Assembly: GCA_045639525.1 (NCBI GenBank)
Contig: JAZUDI010000045.1
Location: forward strand, 5,479 to 69,478
Direction: 5' to 3'
Length of the DNA stretch: 64,000 bases
DNA from: Paludibacteraceae bacterium
GTDB lineage: Bacteria > Bacteroidota > Bacteroidia > Bacteroidales > Paludibacteraceae
In this document: positions 27,791 to 37,206 of the stretch, piece by piece
How the letters are laid out: the number at the start of each line of letters is the position of its first letter
Position numbering within the stretch: position 1 is the first letter of the stretch
Position numbers and translations under genes: made by a program
Notes under the pieces: generated by a model
What the model was told of the DNA's origin: nothing
Database searches by the model: none
Seen by the model: the letters and a program-made list of their open reading frames with translations, nothing else

Positions 27791-30700
27791 ATGGCTAAGA
27801 AATTCGCGGAACATTCCAACTTCAACCTCTCGGATATCAACAAGGAGGTTTTGAAGCAGTGGGAAGAAAAAGATTTGTTTCATAAGAGTATTGAAATCAG
27901 AGAGGGAGCGCCTTCTTTCGTATTCTTCGAGGGACCTCCTTCTGCTAATGGTATGCCGGGTATTCACCACGTGATGGCCCGTTCTATCAAGGATATTTTC
28001 TGTCGTTACAAGACCATGAAGGGATTCCATGTGAAGCGTAAGGCTGGATGGGACACGCACGGTCTTCCCGTAGAGTTGGGCGTCGAGAAGGAGTTGGGTA
28101 TCACCAAGGAGGATATCGGTAAGAAGATCTCCGTGGATGATTACAACAACGCATGCCGTACCAATGTCATGAAGTTTACCAAAGAGTGGACTGATTTGAC
28201 CAAGAAGATGGGTTACTGGGTGGATCTTGAGAATCCATACATCACCTACGACAATAAATTCATCGAGACCCTTTGGTACTTGTTGAAGGAACTTTACAAG
28301 AAGGGTTATCTATACAAGGGTTACACCATCCAACCTTATTCGCCAGCCGCTGGTACGGGTCTTAGCTCCCACGAGTTGAACCAACCTGGTTGCTACCGCG
28401 ACGTGAAGGATACGACGGTGGTGGCTCAATTCAAGATGGTGGATCCTAAGCCGGAGATGGCACAGTTCGGAACGCCATACTTCTTGGCATGGACCACTAC
28501 TCCTTGGACCTTGTCTTCCAACACCGCACTTTGTGTGGGTCCTAATATCCAATATGTGGCTGTTCAGTCTTTCAACCCTTATACGGGTGAGCCTTCCACT
28601 TATGTGGTGGCGAAGGATTTGTTGGGCGCCCACTTCAATCCGAAGGCTGCCGAGGTGGCATTCGAGGATTACAAGCCAGGCGACAAGTTGGTTCCTTTCA
28701 AGGTGGTGGCTGAATACAAGGGTAGTGACCTTGTCGGCATGAAGTACGAGCAGTTGATGAACTGGATCACGCCAGAGAACGCTGACCAAGCCTTCCGTGT
28801 CATCCCAGGTGATTATGTGACCACAGAGGATGGTACTGGTATTGTGCACATCGCGCCTACCTTTGGTGCGGACGATGCCAAGGTGGCGAAGGCTGCGGGT
28901 ATTCCTCCATTGCAATTGGTGGATAAGAATGGTAACCTCCGTCCATCCGTGGATTTGACAGGTAAGTTCTACTTGTTGGAGGATTTGGATCCTGCCTATG
29001 TGAAGTCACACGTCAATGTGGAAGCCTACAAGAAGTTTGAAGGCCGCTTCGTGAAGAACGCTTACGACGCGACTTTGACCGATAAGGACGAGACGCTCGA
29101 CATCTCCATCTGTATGGATATGAAGGCCAATAACCAAGCCTTCAAGATTGAGAAGCATGTCCACAACTATCCTCACTGCTGGCGTACCGATAAGCCAGTG
29201 CTCTACTATCCTTTGGACAGCTGGTTCATCCGCTCTACTGCCGCTCGTGAGCGCATGATGGAGTTGAACAAGACCATCCAATGGAAGCCTGAGTCGACCG
29301 GAACAGGTCGTTTCGGCAAGTGGTTGGAGAACTTGAACGATTGGAACCTCTCCCGCTCCCGTTACTGGGGTACTCCGTTGCCAATCTGGCGTACCGAAGA
29401 GGGTACTGAGGAGAAGTGTATCGGCTCTATCGCGGAGTTGTTCGAGGAGATCGACAAGTCTATCAAGGCTGGCTACATGAAGGAGAACCCTTGGAAGAAC
29501 TTCAAGGTGGGTGATTACTCGAAGGAGAATTACGATCCGAGGGTGATTGACCTTCACCGTCCATATATCGATAGCGTCATCTTGGTATCCGATAGCGGTA
29601 AGCCAATGAAGCGTGAGACTGACTTGATCGATGTTTGGTTCGATTCAGGTGCGATGCCTTTCGCACAACAACACTATCCATTCGAGAACAAAGAGGTGGT
29701 GGATAACGGTGAGTTCTACCCTGCGGACTTCATTGCCGAGGGTGTGGACCAAACCCGTGGATGGTTCTTCACATTGCACGCCATCTCTACCATGATCAAG
29801 GATAGCGTAGCCTTCAAGGCGGTTATCTCTAACGGATTGGTTTTGGATAAGAATGGTAACAAGATGTCCAAGCGTTTGGGCAATGCGGTAGATCCATTCG
29901 GCGCCATCGAGAAGTATGGTTCCGACCCACTTCGCTGGTACATGATCACCAACGCATCCCCTTGGGATAACTTGAAATTCGACACAGATGGTATCGAGGA
30001 GGTTCGTCGTAAGTTCTTCGGTACACTCTACAATACCTACTCATTCTTCGCGTTGTATGCGAATGTGGACAACTTCACCAATAGCCAACCACAGGTTCCT
30101 ATGGAGAAGCGTCCTGAGATCGACCGTTGGATCATCTCATTGCTCAACTCCCTCATCAAGGAGGTGGACGAGAGCTACAACGACTACGAGCCTACCAAGG
30201 CTGGCCGCGCGATCTCTAACTTCGTCAACGACCATTTGAGTAACTGGTATGTGCGTTTGAACCGTAAACGTTTCTGGGGAGGAACCCTCACCGAGGATAA
30301 GTTGGCGGCTTACCAAACCCTCTACACTTGCTTGGATACCATTGCGCGTTTGATGGCTCCTATCTCTCCATTCTATGCGGACCAATTGTTCTTGGATTTG
30401 AATGGCGCGACAGGTTGCGATAAGAGCGAGTCGGTTCACTTGGCGGATTTCCCTAAGTGCGACGAGAGTTTGATCAACAAGACTTTGGAGGAGCGTATGC
30501 AGTTGGCTCAGGATATCTCATCCATGACCTTGTCTCTCCGTAAGAAGGAGAACATCAAGGTGCGTCAACCATTGAAGCAGATCATGGTGCCTATCTTGGC
30601 GGAGCATGAGCAAGAGAATATCGAGGCTGTGAAGGATTTGATCATGAATGAGGTCAACGTGAAGGAGATCAACTTCGTGGATGATTCAGCTGGTATCTTG

Positions 30701-31222
30701 GTGAAGAAGATCAAGCCTGACTTCAAGAAACTCGGCCCTAAGTGCGGTAAGAGCATGAAGGCGGTCGCTGCCCAATTGCAGGCTTTGCCACAAGAGGAGA
30801 TTGCTAAGTTGGAGAAGAACGGTAGCTACGAGATTTGTCTGGACGGTGTATGTGTCATTGTCGATAAGGCGGATGTCGAGATCCTTTCAGAGGATATCCC
30901 AGGCTGGTTGGTTGCCAACAACGGTACCATCACCATCGCGCTCGATGTGACGATCACGCCAGAGTTGCAAAAGGAGGGTATCGCGCGTGAGTTCATCAAC
31001 CGTATCCAAAACATCCGTAAGTCCAGCGGATTCGAGATCACCGATAAGATTGTGATCGATATCGAGAAGTCTGAGCATGTCAACGAGGCGGTCGCAGATT
31101 TCAAGGATTACATCGCTTCTCAGGTGCTTGCCAACAACATCACGTTAGTCGATAAGGTGGCAAATCCTACCGAATTGGATTTCGATGATTTTAAGGTAAA
31201 TATCGAGGTGAAGAAGGCGTAA
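27791..31222 (+). CDS. ileS: Isoleucine--tRNA ligase (type 2, long form)
   Basis: PPSANGMPGIHHV (HIGH-type motif), KMSKRLGN (KMSKS), and a CP1 editing region. Confidence 0.95.
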   Translation: MAKKFAEHSNFNLSDINKEVLKQWEEKDLFHKSIEIREGAPSFVFFEGPPSANGMPGIHHVMARSIKDIFCRYKTMKGFHVKRKAGWDTHGLPVELGVEKELGITKEDIGKKISVDDYNNACRTNVMKFTKEWTDLTKKMGYWVDLENPYITYDNKFIETLWYLLKELYKKGYLYKGYTIQPYSPAAGTGLSSHELNQPGCYRDVKDTTVVAQFKMVDPKPEMAQFGTPYFLAWTTTPWTLSSNTALCVGPNIQYVAVQSFNPYTGEPSTYVVAKDLLGAHFNPKAAEVAFEDYKPGDKLVPFKVVAEYKGSDLVGMKYEQLMNWITPENADQAFRVIPGDYVTTEDGTGIVHIAPTFGADDAKVAKAAGIPPLQLVDKNGNLRPSVDLTGKFYLLEDLDPAYVKSHVNVEAYKKFEGRFVKNAYDATLTDKDETLDISICMDMKANNQAFKIEKHVHNYPHCWRTDKPVLYYPLDSWFIRSTAARERMMELNKTIQWKPESTGTGRFGKWLENLNDWNLSRSRYWGTPLPIWRTEEGTEEKCIGSIAELFEEIDKSIKAGYMKENPWKNFKVGDYSKENYDPRVIDLHRPYIDSVILVSDSGKPMKRETDLIDVWFDSGAMPFAQQHYPFENKEVVDNGEFYPADFIAEGVDQTRGWFFTLHAISTMIKDSVAFKAVISNGLVLDKNGNKMSKRLGNAVDPFGAIEKYGSDPLRWYMITNASPWDNLKFDTDGIEEVRRKFFGTLYNTYSFFALYANVDNFTNSQPQVPMEKRPEIDRWIISLLNSLIKEVDESYNDYEPTKAGRAISNFVNDHLSNWYVRLNRKRFWGGTLTEDKLAAYQTLYTCLDTIARLMAPISPFYADQLFLDLNGATGCDKSESVHLADFPKCDESLINKTLEERMQLAQDISSMTLSLRKKENIKVRQPLKQIMVPILAEHEQENIEAVKDLIMNEVNVKEINFVDDSAGILVKKIKPDFKKLGPKCGKSMKAVAAQLQALPQEEIAKLEKNGSYEICLDGVCVIVDKADVEILSEDIPGWLVANNGTITIALDVTITPELQKEGIAREFINRIQNIRKSSGFEITDKIVIDIEKSEHVNEAVADFKDYIASQVLANNITLVDKVANPTELDFDDFKVNIEVKKA

Positions 31223-31246
31223 TTATTACTTACGTGTCATAAATAG

Positions 31247-31286
31247 CAAAGGCCATCCGCATGGTTGTGGGTGGCCTTTGTTGTGT
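31247..31286 (+). terminator. Rho-independent-like terminator after ileS
   Basis: CAAAGGCCA-tccgcatggttgtggg-TGGCCTTTG followed by TTGTGT. Confidence 0.6.
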
Positions 31287-31320
31287 ATATGTGGAAGCAA
31301 GTATTTGTTGGGTGATGTTG

Positions 31321-31848
31321 TTATAGCAATTGGGATAAATCGTAAAACAAGGTCATGGTTCGGCCCTCAGTCTCCTCCAATCTCTTGTTCAACAGAACGA
31401 ATCCATTCTTCTTATAAAACGGAAGGGCGGAGGGTAATGCGTCCACCGTGACAAAGGTACACCCGGTTCGGTTGTTAGACACAAACATACTTTCAATGAA
31501 ATTCAATATAACTGTGCCAACGGAACAGCGCTGGTACTTTAGGTCTACGGCAAGACGTCCAATTTTCACAGATGGATAATCCGATCTGTGTTTGGCATGA
31601 GGAAAACAAGACTTTACCTTCCTCCACGTAGATTTGTCCGAGTCAGGTACTGATATTCTATCATTTGACAACGAAAAGAATGCAACTGTATCATTGCCTC
31701 TTTTTAGAAGATATGTAACTGATAGTAATCTTTTCAAATATGCCTTGGCATCGTTGAATAAGAAATTGTTTAGATCTTCATTTCCACAATCAAAAGACGA
31801 TAATTCGGTTTCTTCTTGCAAACGGATAACGGTAATTTCTTCAAACAT
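31321..31848 (-). CDS. GNAT-family N-acetyltransferase, toxin-like (TacT/KacT-type architecture)
   Basis: The N-terminal FDCGNEDLNNFLFNDA motif is typical of GNAT toxins. The core RLAVDLKYQRCSVGTVIL and the C-terminal FYKKNGF form the acetyl-CoA pocket. Confidence 0.7.
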   Translation of the reverse strand: MFEEITVIRLQEETELSSFDCGNEDLNNFLFNDAKAYLKRLLSVTYLLKRGNDTVAFFSLSNDRISVPDSDKSTWRKVKSCFPHAKHRSDYPSVKIGRLAVDLKYQRCSVGTVILNFIESMFVSNNRTGCTFVTVDALPSALPFYKKNGFVLLNKRLEETEGRTMTLFYDLSQLL

Positions 31849-31853
31849 AGAGG

Positions 31854-32012
31854 TTAAAATTTAAATGTTAGACATTTTTTGAGTTTCTCAGCATTCTCTT
31901 TTATCCTCTTCTTCTCTTCTTCTGTGGCCTTGGGCCTTGTTTCGAGATAGGTGAAAAAGTCAATCGCCGCTTGTCCGTGCAGCTCCGGTGTTGGTGCAAT
32001 AGGTGTAGCCAT
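31854..32012 (-). CDS. Unannotated 52-aa ORF, candidate antitoxin partner of the GNAT gene
   Basis: Hand translation gives MATPIAPTPELHGQAAIDFFTYLETRPKATEEEKKRIKENAEKLKKCLTFKF*. The stop lies 5 nt before the GNAT ATG. The ORF is below the track cutoff. Confidence 0.45.
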   Translation of the reverse strand: MATPIAPTPELHGQAAIDFFTYLETRPKATEEEKKRIKENAEKLKKCLTFKF

Positions 32013-32145
32013 AGTTAGTATTGTATTTAATTATTAATAAAATCTTTGCAAAGATAATGGATTGTCGGATGATTTCCAAAAATGGAATGTGGGTTCGATG
32101 AATTGTAGAGACGGTGTGCGCACCATCTCTACAACACTATACAAT

Positions 32146-33093
32146 CTAATCATCCTTACCTTCTTCGATAATCCTAAACAACAATGTGTTTTGGAAGGTG
32201 ATGGACTTGTTTCTTGCAAAGAAAATCGTACCGGTTACTGGGCTCTTGATTTCGCAGACTTGATATCCCTCGTAAGGGTGCATGATGCGTGCGATCACCT
32301 TGCCTTTCTTTACCTCTTGTCCCGCCTCGCTCTCTACGATGAGGATACCTGCGTGGGGTGCTTGGATAGAGATGAGTTGACTACCTTTCACGATGGTGGA
32401 GGCTGGCATCGCTTCTTTGTTGCTCACGCTCAAGGAGGCCATTCCCTTGTAGGTCATAAAGCGGCTGATGGCATCAATGGAGATGCGCGCCATCTCGTGG
32501 TCGATCGTGTCGGTGGTTCCCGCATAGAGTGAGAATGCCTGTGTCTCCCATATCTGCCAGTTGTAGTTCAACAACACTGTGTCGAATGGCTCCGGATCGC
32601 GGATGGCGATGTAAGGGAAGCCGAAATACTTCGCGTCCTCCACATCCTCGAATCCTGTGTGGATCATGCGGACGTGTGGCAAAAAGTTTCCCGGCAGATA
32701 GTATGAGGCCAATTGAATACCGAATTTGAAATCCTTGATAAACTCGAAAAGTCCCGCCGCGATGCGTTGCGTGGTCTCTCCTTGGTTGTAGCCGGGAAAC
32801 ATACGGTTGATATCCGTATTGTCTAAGGCCCAAAAACGTTTCTCTATATTGATGGAGAAGGGGTTGACCGAAGGAATGACTGAGATGGAGATACCTGGTT
32901 GCAGACGATTGTTCTCCTCCGCGAATTTTAGCAAAGCCACCAAGCGGCTCGCCACATATTGCTGTTGGATCTCGTCTCCACGCATGGAGCCTACGATGCA
33001 CAAAGTCTTGGTGCCCTCGCCGAAGGTATATGCTTTGATGCGGAAGTCATCACGGTAAGGGGATGACATGCTGAATATAGTTTGTACTTTCAT
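32146..33093 (-). CDS. AstE/AspA-fold (succinylglutamate desuccinylase/aspartoacylase, M14-like) paralogue lacking the zinc-binding histidines
   Basis: Collinear with 33113..34039. It reads CIVGSMRGDEIQQ where the paralogue has CIVTGTHGDELEG, and GIQLASY where the paralogue has VIDIHAS. The start was trimmed to the ATG at 33093. Confidence 0.7.
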   Translation of the reverse strand: MKVQTIFSMSSPYRDDFRIKAYTFGEGTKTLCIVGSMRGDEIQQQYVASRLVALLKFAEENNRLQPGISISVIPSVNPFSINIEKRFWALDNTDINRMFPGYNQGETTQRIAAGLFEFIKDFKFGIQLASYYLPGNFLPHVRMIHTGFEDVEDAKYFGFPYIAIRDPEPFDTVLLNYNWQIWETQAFSLYAGTTDTIDHEMARISIDAISRFMTYKGMASLSVSNKEAMPASTIVKGSQLISIQAPHAGILIVESEAGQEVKKGKVIARIMHPYEGYQVCEIKSPVTGTIFFARNKSITFQNTLLFRIIEEGKDD

Positions 33094-33112
33094 GATTCCG
33101 TAATTTTCTTTT

Positions 33113-34039
33113 TTATAGACGATGGATTCTTCCCAATAGGGAGCCTTCGTAAACCATCGGATAGGCACGAAGGGTGAAGAGCAATCCGTCGCAAGGAGCC
33201 TTCACGTCGCTGAGGACATCGCCTGTCAGTGGCGAGATGATTTGTCCGATGGATTGTCCCTTCTGGACGGTTGTGTCGTTGTGTAGTTCCGTGATGAATA
33301 CGCCGCTTATCGTGGCGTTCAGGAAGGCGACGGTATTTTCTCCTTGGCTGACAATGCTCTCTTTCAATCGGCTCTTGTCAGGCTCCTCTTGCCAAATGCC
33401 CATGCGGAACATCATGTTTTGGATACCATCCACCAGTTGGTTGCACATGGCGTGGCTGATTCTTCCGCCGACGCCCATTTCCGCCACGAGGCAGGGTGTT
33501 CCGGTGGAGTTCAGGGAGTGGGCTAGTGTGGATTCCAATACTGTGGCAGCTTGGTGGATCCAGATGAAGTCGATGCCCATTAATTTGGCGTAAGGGACCA
33601 ATAGTTCGGCAGTCTGCTCCGAGATACGCACTTGGGGCATCTCGCGGAGGAAGATGTTGGAGGCGTGGATGTCGATCACCATATCCGCGCCCGACAAGTC
33701 TGTGTAGATGTCGTGGGCCACCTTCTCAATCATGGATCCGCGGGAGTTGCCGGGAAATATACGGTTCATATCCAGGTCGAAGGCGGGAACGCCCCGTTGC
33801 ATGGAGTCGATGCCCAGTGGGTTGAGGGCAGGGTAAATATCGATGGTCCCTTGCAAAAGATGCATGTTCTCCTTCACCATCTTGGCGATTAAGTAGCAGA
33901 CATATTGTCCCTCTAATTCGTCTCCGTGGGTACCGGTGACGATGCAAATTCTCTTTCCTTTACCATTCGTAAAATGGTTCTTGACAATGCGGAACTCCTC
34001 GTCCACGGGCATTTCAAGACTTGTGACATTTTGAATCAT
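33113..34039 (-). CDS. AstE/AspA-family zinc deacylase/carboxypeptidase-like protein (metal ligands intact)
   Basis: GTHGDELEG (HxxE) and DIHAS (the third ligand His) are present, with a C-terminal beta-barrel (GDVLSDVKAPCDGLLF). Confidence 0.75.
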   Translation of the reverse strand: MIQNVTSLEMPVDEEFRIVKNHFTNGKGKRICIVTGTHGDELEGQYVCYLIAKMVKENMHLLQGTIDIYPALNPLGIDSMQRGVPAFDLDMNRIFPGNSRGSMIEKVAHDIYTDLSGADMVIDIHASNIFLREMPQVRISEQTAELLVPYAKLMGIDFIWIHQAATVLESTLAHSLNSTGTPCLVAEMGVGGRISHAMCNQLVDGIQNMMFRMGIWQEEPDKSRLKESIVSQGENTVAFLNATISGVFITELHNDTTVQKGQSIGQIISPLTGDVLSDVKAPCDGLLFTLRAYPMVYEGSLLGRIHRL

Positions 34040-34830
34040 AACGCTATCATTTCACATTTTATCGTAAGTTGTTCTTGTATATTCGTGCGGGCGAAAAACT
34101 GGCCTCGGTTGGAGGGACAGTCGTAAATATCTCTGCCGTGCGCGATCTTGATGTAGCCCCAATCGATCACCTTGTCGTAGGTGGGGTCAAGCCCGATCCA
34201 TTTCTCTTGGTCGTACACCTCCACCCAAGCGTGGGTCTCGCCTTCGCCCAAGACCAATCCGTTCACATAGCGGGCTCGGATGCCTATGCTTCTGCAAAGG
34301 GCGATCATCAGGTGGGAGAAATCCTGGCAGACACCGTGTCGCTTTTCGAACACCTCTTGGGCGCATGTTTTGTTGTTGGTGACCCCCTTTTGGTAGGTGA
34401 GATGAGTATGGACGGCATGCATGATCTCTTCCGCATTGCGCGCGTCGCAGGCACCTCCTACAGTAATCCCTGTCGCCCAATTCTTCATCGCGTCGTTGAA
34501 ATGGGCCATGGGGGAAGGGAAAAAGTATATGTCGCTGGGAGTATCCTCCACCACGCCGTAGGGACGACATCGGACCACCCCTTCGCTCTCTGTGCGGAAA
34601 TGGTCGTGGATCGACTGGTAACTGCCGTATTGGAGCAGGTTGCCTTGTGCGTCGCGCGACTCGTTCAACAAACAGTCAGAAGGGGAGATCCGCAACGTGT
34701 GCGACTCCACCTCCTGACAACTATTTGAGCATGGGATTGCCCTTAACTTAAAGAAATGGGAGGAGAGGGCAGGGGTGAATGTCGCCTCTGTCATGTAGTA
34801 AAATCTGTATCGTCTCTCCTCTCCGAACAT
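34036..34830 (-). CDS. Transglutaminase-like cysteine protease-fold protein
   Basis: GVCQDFSHL (Cys), ETHAWVEVY (His) and IGLDPT (Asp) form an intact triad. The N-terminus is Bact_transglu_N-like. Confidence 0.85.
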   Translation of the reverse strand: MFGEERRYRFYYMTEATFTPALSSHFFKLRAIPCSNSCQEVESHTLRISPSDCLLNESRDAQGNLLQYGSYQSIHDHFRTESEGVVRCRPYGVVEDTPSDIYFFPSPMAHFNDAMKNWATGITVGGACDARNAEEIMHAVHTHLTYQKGVTNNKTCAQEVFEKRHGVCQDFSHLMIALCRSIGIRARYVNGLVLGEGETHAWVEVYDQEKWIGLDPTYDKVIDWGYIKIAHGRDIYDCPSNRGQFFARTNIQEQLTIKCEMIAL

Positions 34831-34841
34831 CTCCTCTTCTT

Positions 34842-35543
34842 TTAGACTAAGACCAAACAGTTGATGCCTCCCAACACCGTGTTTTTATACGCTTGCGGAT
34901 CCTTTTCAAAAGCCTCCTTGTCGATGATCAACGCATGGAGGCGTGCGGCTTGTACGGCATCGAACATATCGGGATGGGAACGGGTATATTTTTGGATCAT
35001 ATCCCAGGTCTCCTCGATACGGTAATATTTGTAGTCGAAGCGGATGCACATATCCAGGTGTTCCAACAATCTTCCAATCTCTAAAAGGGCGTAGGTCTCT
35101 CCATGGACACGCTCGCGGATGCAGCCCCAGAAGGCGAGCAACCAGTCGGTGATCGGTTGGAGCTCCGTGATGTTGGTCTCTCTGGTGGCGGATTTCGCGC
35201 GGATGAGGTCGCGGCACAACTCAATGTAGGCGAACGACTCCGAATAGATCTCCGAACGAAGCACAATGGCGTTGTCCATCATCATCTCAATGATGCTTCG
35301 AAGGGAGGTGGGGGTGTCCGGATTGTAGAGTTGATCCATCATTTGGTAGCTGGTGGTCATCTCATTGGAGACGTAGATGTCCATCTTTTTTAGAAATTCG
35401 CTGTAAGGAACCTCTCCGACGGGCACGTCGATTACCTCATCATAGGCCTTGCGCATCAAGTGAAGCATAATGTAGCCCCTCTCGGCGTATCGTCCTAACC
35501 AAAACAAACGGTTTGCTTTATTTGCACTCAATATTGATTTCAT
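34842..35543 (-). CDS. Alpha-E domain protein (DUF403)
   Basis: ANRLFWLGRYAERGY... is the hallmark N-terminal motif. The protein is all-helical. Confidence 0.8.
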   Translation of the reverse strand: MKSILSANKANRLFWLGRYAERGYIMLHLMRKAYDEVIDVPVGEVPYSEFLKKMDIYVSNEMTTSYQMMDQLYNPDTPTSLRSIIEMMMDNAIVLRSEIYSESFAYIELCRDLIRAKSATRETNITELQPITDWLLAFWGCIRERVHGETYALLEIGRLLEHLDMCIRFDYKYYRIEETWDMIQKYTRSHPDMFDAVQAARLHALIIDKEAFEKDPQAYKNTVLGGINCLVLV

Positions 35544-35581
35544 ACTCTCAACAATTATTTTTCAAACTATAAGGAATCTAA

Positions 35582-36901
35582 TTATCTCTCCATTACCCAG
35601 GTGTCTTTGAATCCGCCACCTTGGCTGCTGTTCACCACGAAGGAGTTCGGATTGCGGCTGAAGCGCGTCAAGCCCGATTTCCAAACCTTGGTCTCCTTGC
35701 CTGTGATGACGAAGGCGCGGAGGTCGCATTTGCGTGGGGAAGGCTCTCCAGTCTCATCGATGATATCCAGATCGATGAAGTCCACCACCTCTTGCGCAAT
35801 CCAGCGTCGAGGCTCCTTGATGATGAGTTGCTTTACCTCCTCCAGACGCTCCGGTGTCATGTCTCTTCCGAACATCACGCCATATCCGCCCGCTTCGGCC
35901 ACATCCTTGATCACCAATTTCTCTATGTTGCTCAGGATGTATTCGTAATCCTCCTTGAAGAATGGCAAGTAGGTGGGTGCGTTTTGGAGGATTGGCTCCT
36001 CGTTGAGGTAGTACCTTACCATCTTCGGCACGAAGTAGTAGATGCCCTTGTCGTCCGCCACACCGTTGCCCAGCGCGTTGATGAGTCCGATGTTGCCCGC
36101 CTTGTAAGCCTCCATTAAGTTGGGAACGCCCAACAGTGAACTTGGCTCGAAGGCCAACGGGTCGAGGTATTCGTCTGACACGCGGCGGTAGATGGCGCCC
36201 ACGCGGATCTTCTGCTTGTATAGGCCGACATAGTAGACTTTGTTGTCCTCCACGACCAAGTCGCCTGGGAAGGCAAGCACGGCGTCTGTCTTTTCCGCCA
36301 AGTAGGAGTGCTCGAAGAAGGCGGAATTGTATCGTCCTGGGGTCAGGATGCAGTTGATGCCTCGTCCACCGTTGATGTCGTCCATCATCTCCTTGAGCAA
36401 TTCGCCGTAATTGCGGTTGTCTGCGATGAGGTTGTCCCTGAAGGTCTGTGGACAGGCCTTTCTGGTCACTTTGCGGGCGATCATCGGGTAGGAGGCGCCG
36501 CTTGGAATGCGGAGGTTGTCCTCTAAGATCAGCCATTTACCATCCTTCGCTTGTACCAAATCGATACCGGCAATGTGCGCGTATACGTTCAAAGCGGGTG
36601 TGATGCCTTCGCATTCAGGCATGTATCCTTTGCTCTCGTAGGTGAACTCTTTGGGAACAATGCCGTCGGCGACAATCTTTTTGTCGTGGTATATGTCGTA
36701 AAGAAACATGTTTAGCGCTTTCACACGTTGAATGAGTCCCTTCTCCAACATCTCCCACTCTTGGGCTGAAATTTGTCTTGGAATAGCATCAAAGGGGAAG
36801 ATTTGTTCGTTGAATACGCCATTCTTGTAAACACCAAAACGTACTCCATAACGTTCCATCCATTTATTCACGGAATCTCTTGCGGCTAACAGTTCTTTCA
36901 T
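35582..36901 (-). CDS. Circularly permuted type-2 ATP-grasp protein (DUF404/DUF407)
   Basis: FPFDAIPRQIS..EW..LEKGL.QRV.ALN.FL.DIY, LEDNLRIPSG, and NALGNGVADDKGIYYFVP are present. The size and motifs are typical of COG2308 proteins. Confidence 0.85.
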   Translation of the reverse strand: MKELLAARDSVNKWMERYGVRFGVYKNGVFNEQIFPFDAIPRQISAQEWEMLEKGLIQRVKALNMFLYDIYHDKKIVADGIVPKEFTYESKGYMPECEGITPALNVYAHIAGIDLVQAKDGKWLILEDNLRIPSGASYPMIARKVTRKACPQTFRDNLIADNRNYGELLKEMMDDINGGRGINCILTPGRYNSAFFEHSYLAEKTDAVLAFPGDLVVEDNKVYYVGLYKQKIRVGAIYRRVSDEYLDPLAFEPSSLLGVPNLMEAYKAGNIGLINALGNGVADDKGIYYFVPKMVRYYLNEEPILQNAPTYLPFFKEDYEYILSNIEKLVIKDVAEAGGYGVMFGRDMTPERLEEVKQLIIKEPRRWIAQEVVDFIDLDIIDETGEPSPRKCDLRAFVITGKETKVWKSGLTRFSRNPNSFVVNSSQGGGFKDTWVMER

Positions 36902-36951
36902 AACACAACAATTTAAATTAGACTGCTTTTGTCACTCTCATGTTCATGATA

Positions 36952-36959
36952 CAAAAGTA
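36952..36959 (-). promoter_or_regulatory. -7 promoter box (TACTTTTG) for the ATP-grasp operon
   Basis: A TAnnTTTG match on the minus strand, about 50 nt upstream of the ATG at 36901, inside a 340-bp AT-rich intergenic region. Confidence 0.4.
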
Positions 36960-37206
36960 AGCGAATGTTGTGTTTGATATGAATAAATGTAAGTGAAAAT
37001 AGATAATATAGTTGCAATAATTATGTATAATAAGCAAAACAAATAGCAAAATGATATTTTATAAGTAAAAAGTTTGTCATTTTGTCAATTTGAAAGCGAG
37101 GAAACCAGGGGTTTTTATCGGGCACAATTTTGGACATAGTCGGAAGTGTCTTTAAATACGTGATTTAAAGATACTTGTCAATAGCGTTGTCGGTTGAAGG
37201 TAGAAC

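Noticed and set aside
26708-28060. A 450-aa minus-strand ORF, the longest unassigned ORF in the track.
   Set aside because: It lies entirely antisense to the strongly recognisable queA and ileS genes. It has no recognisable motif and its composition is typical of a shadow ORF.
35754-36536. A 260-aa Arg/Gly/Pro-rich ORF on the minus strand inside the ATP-grasp gene, in an alternative frame.
   Set aside because: It is on the same strand but out of frame with a gene that carries clear family motifs. Its extreme Arg/Gly/Pro composition is typical of an off-frame translation.
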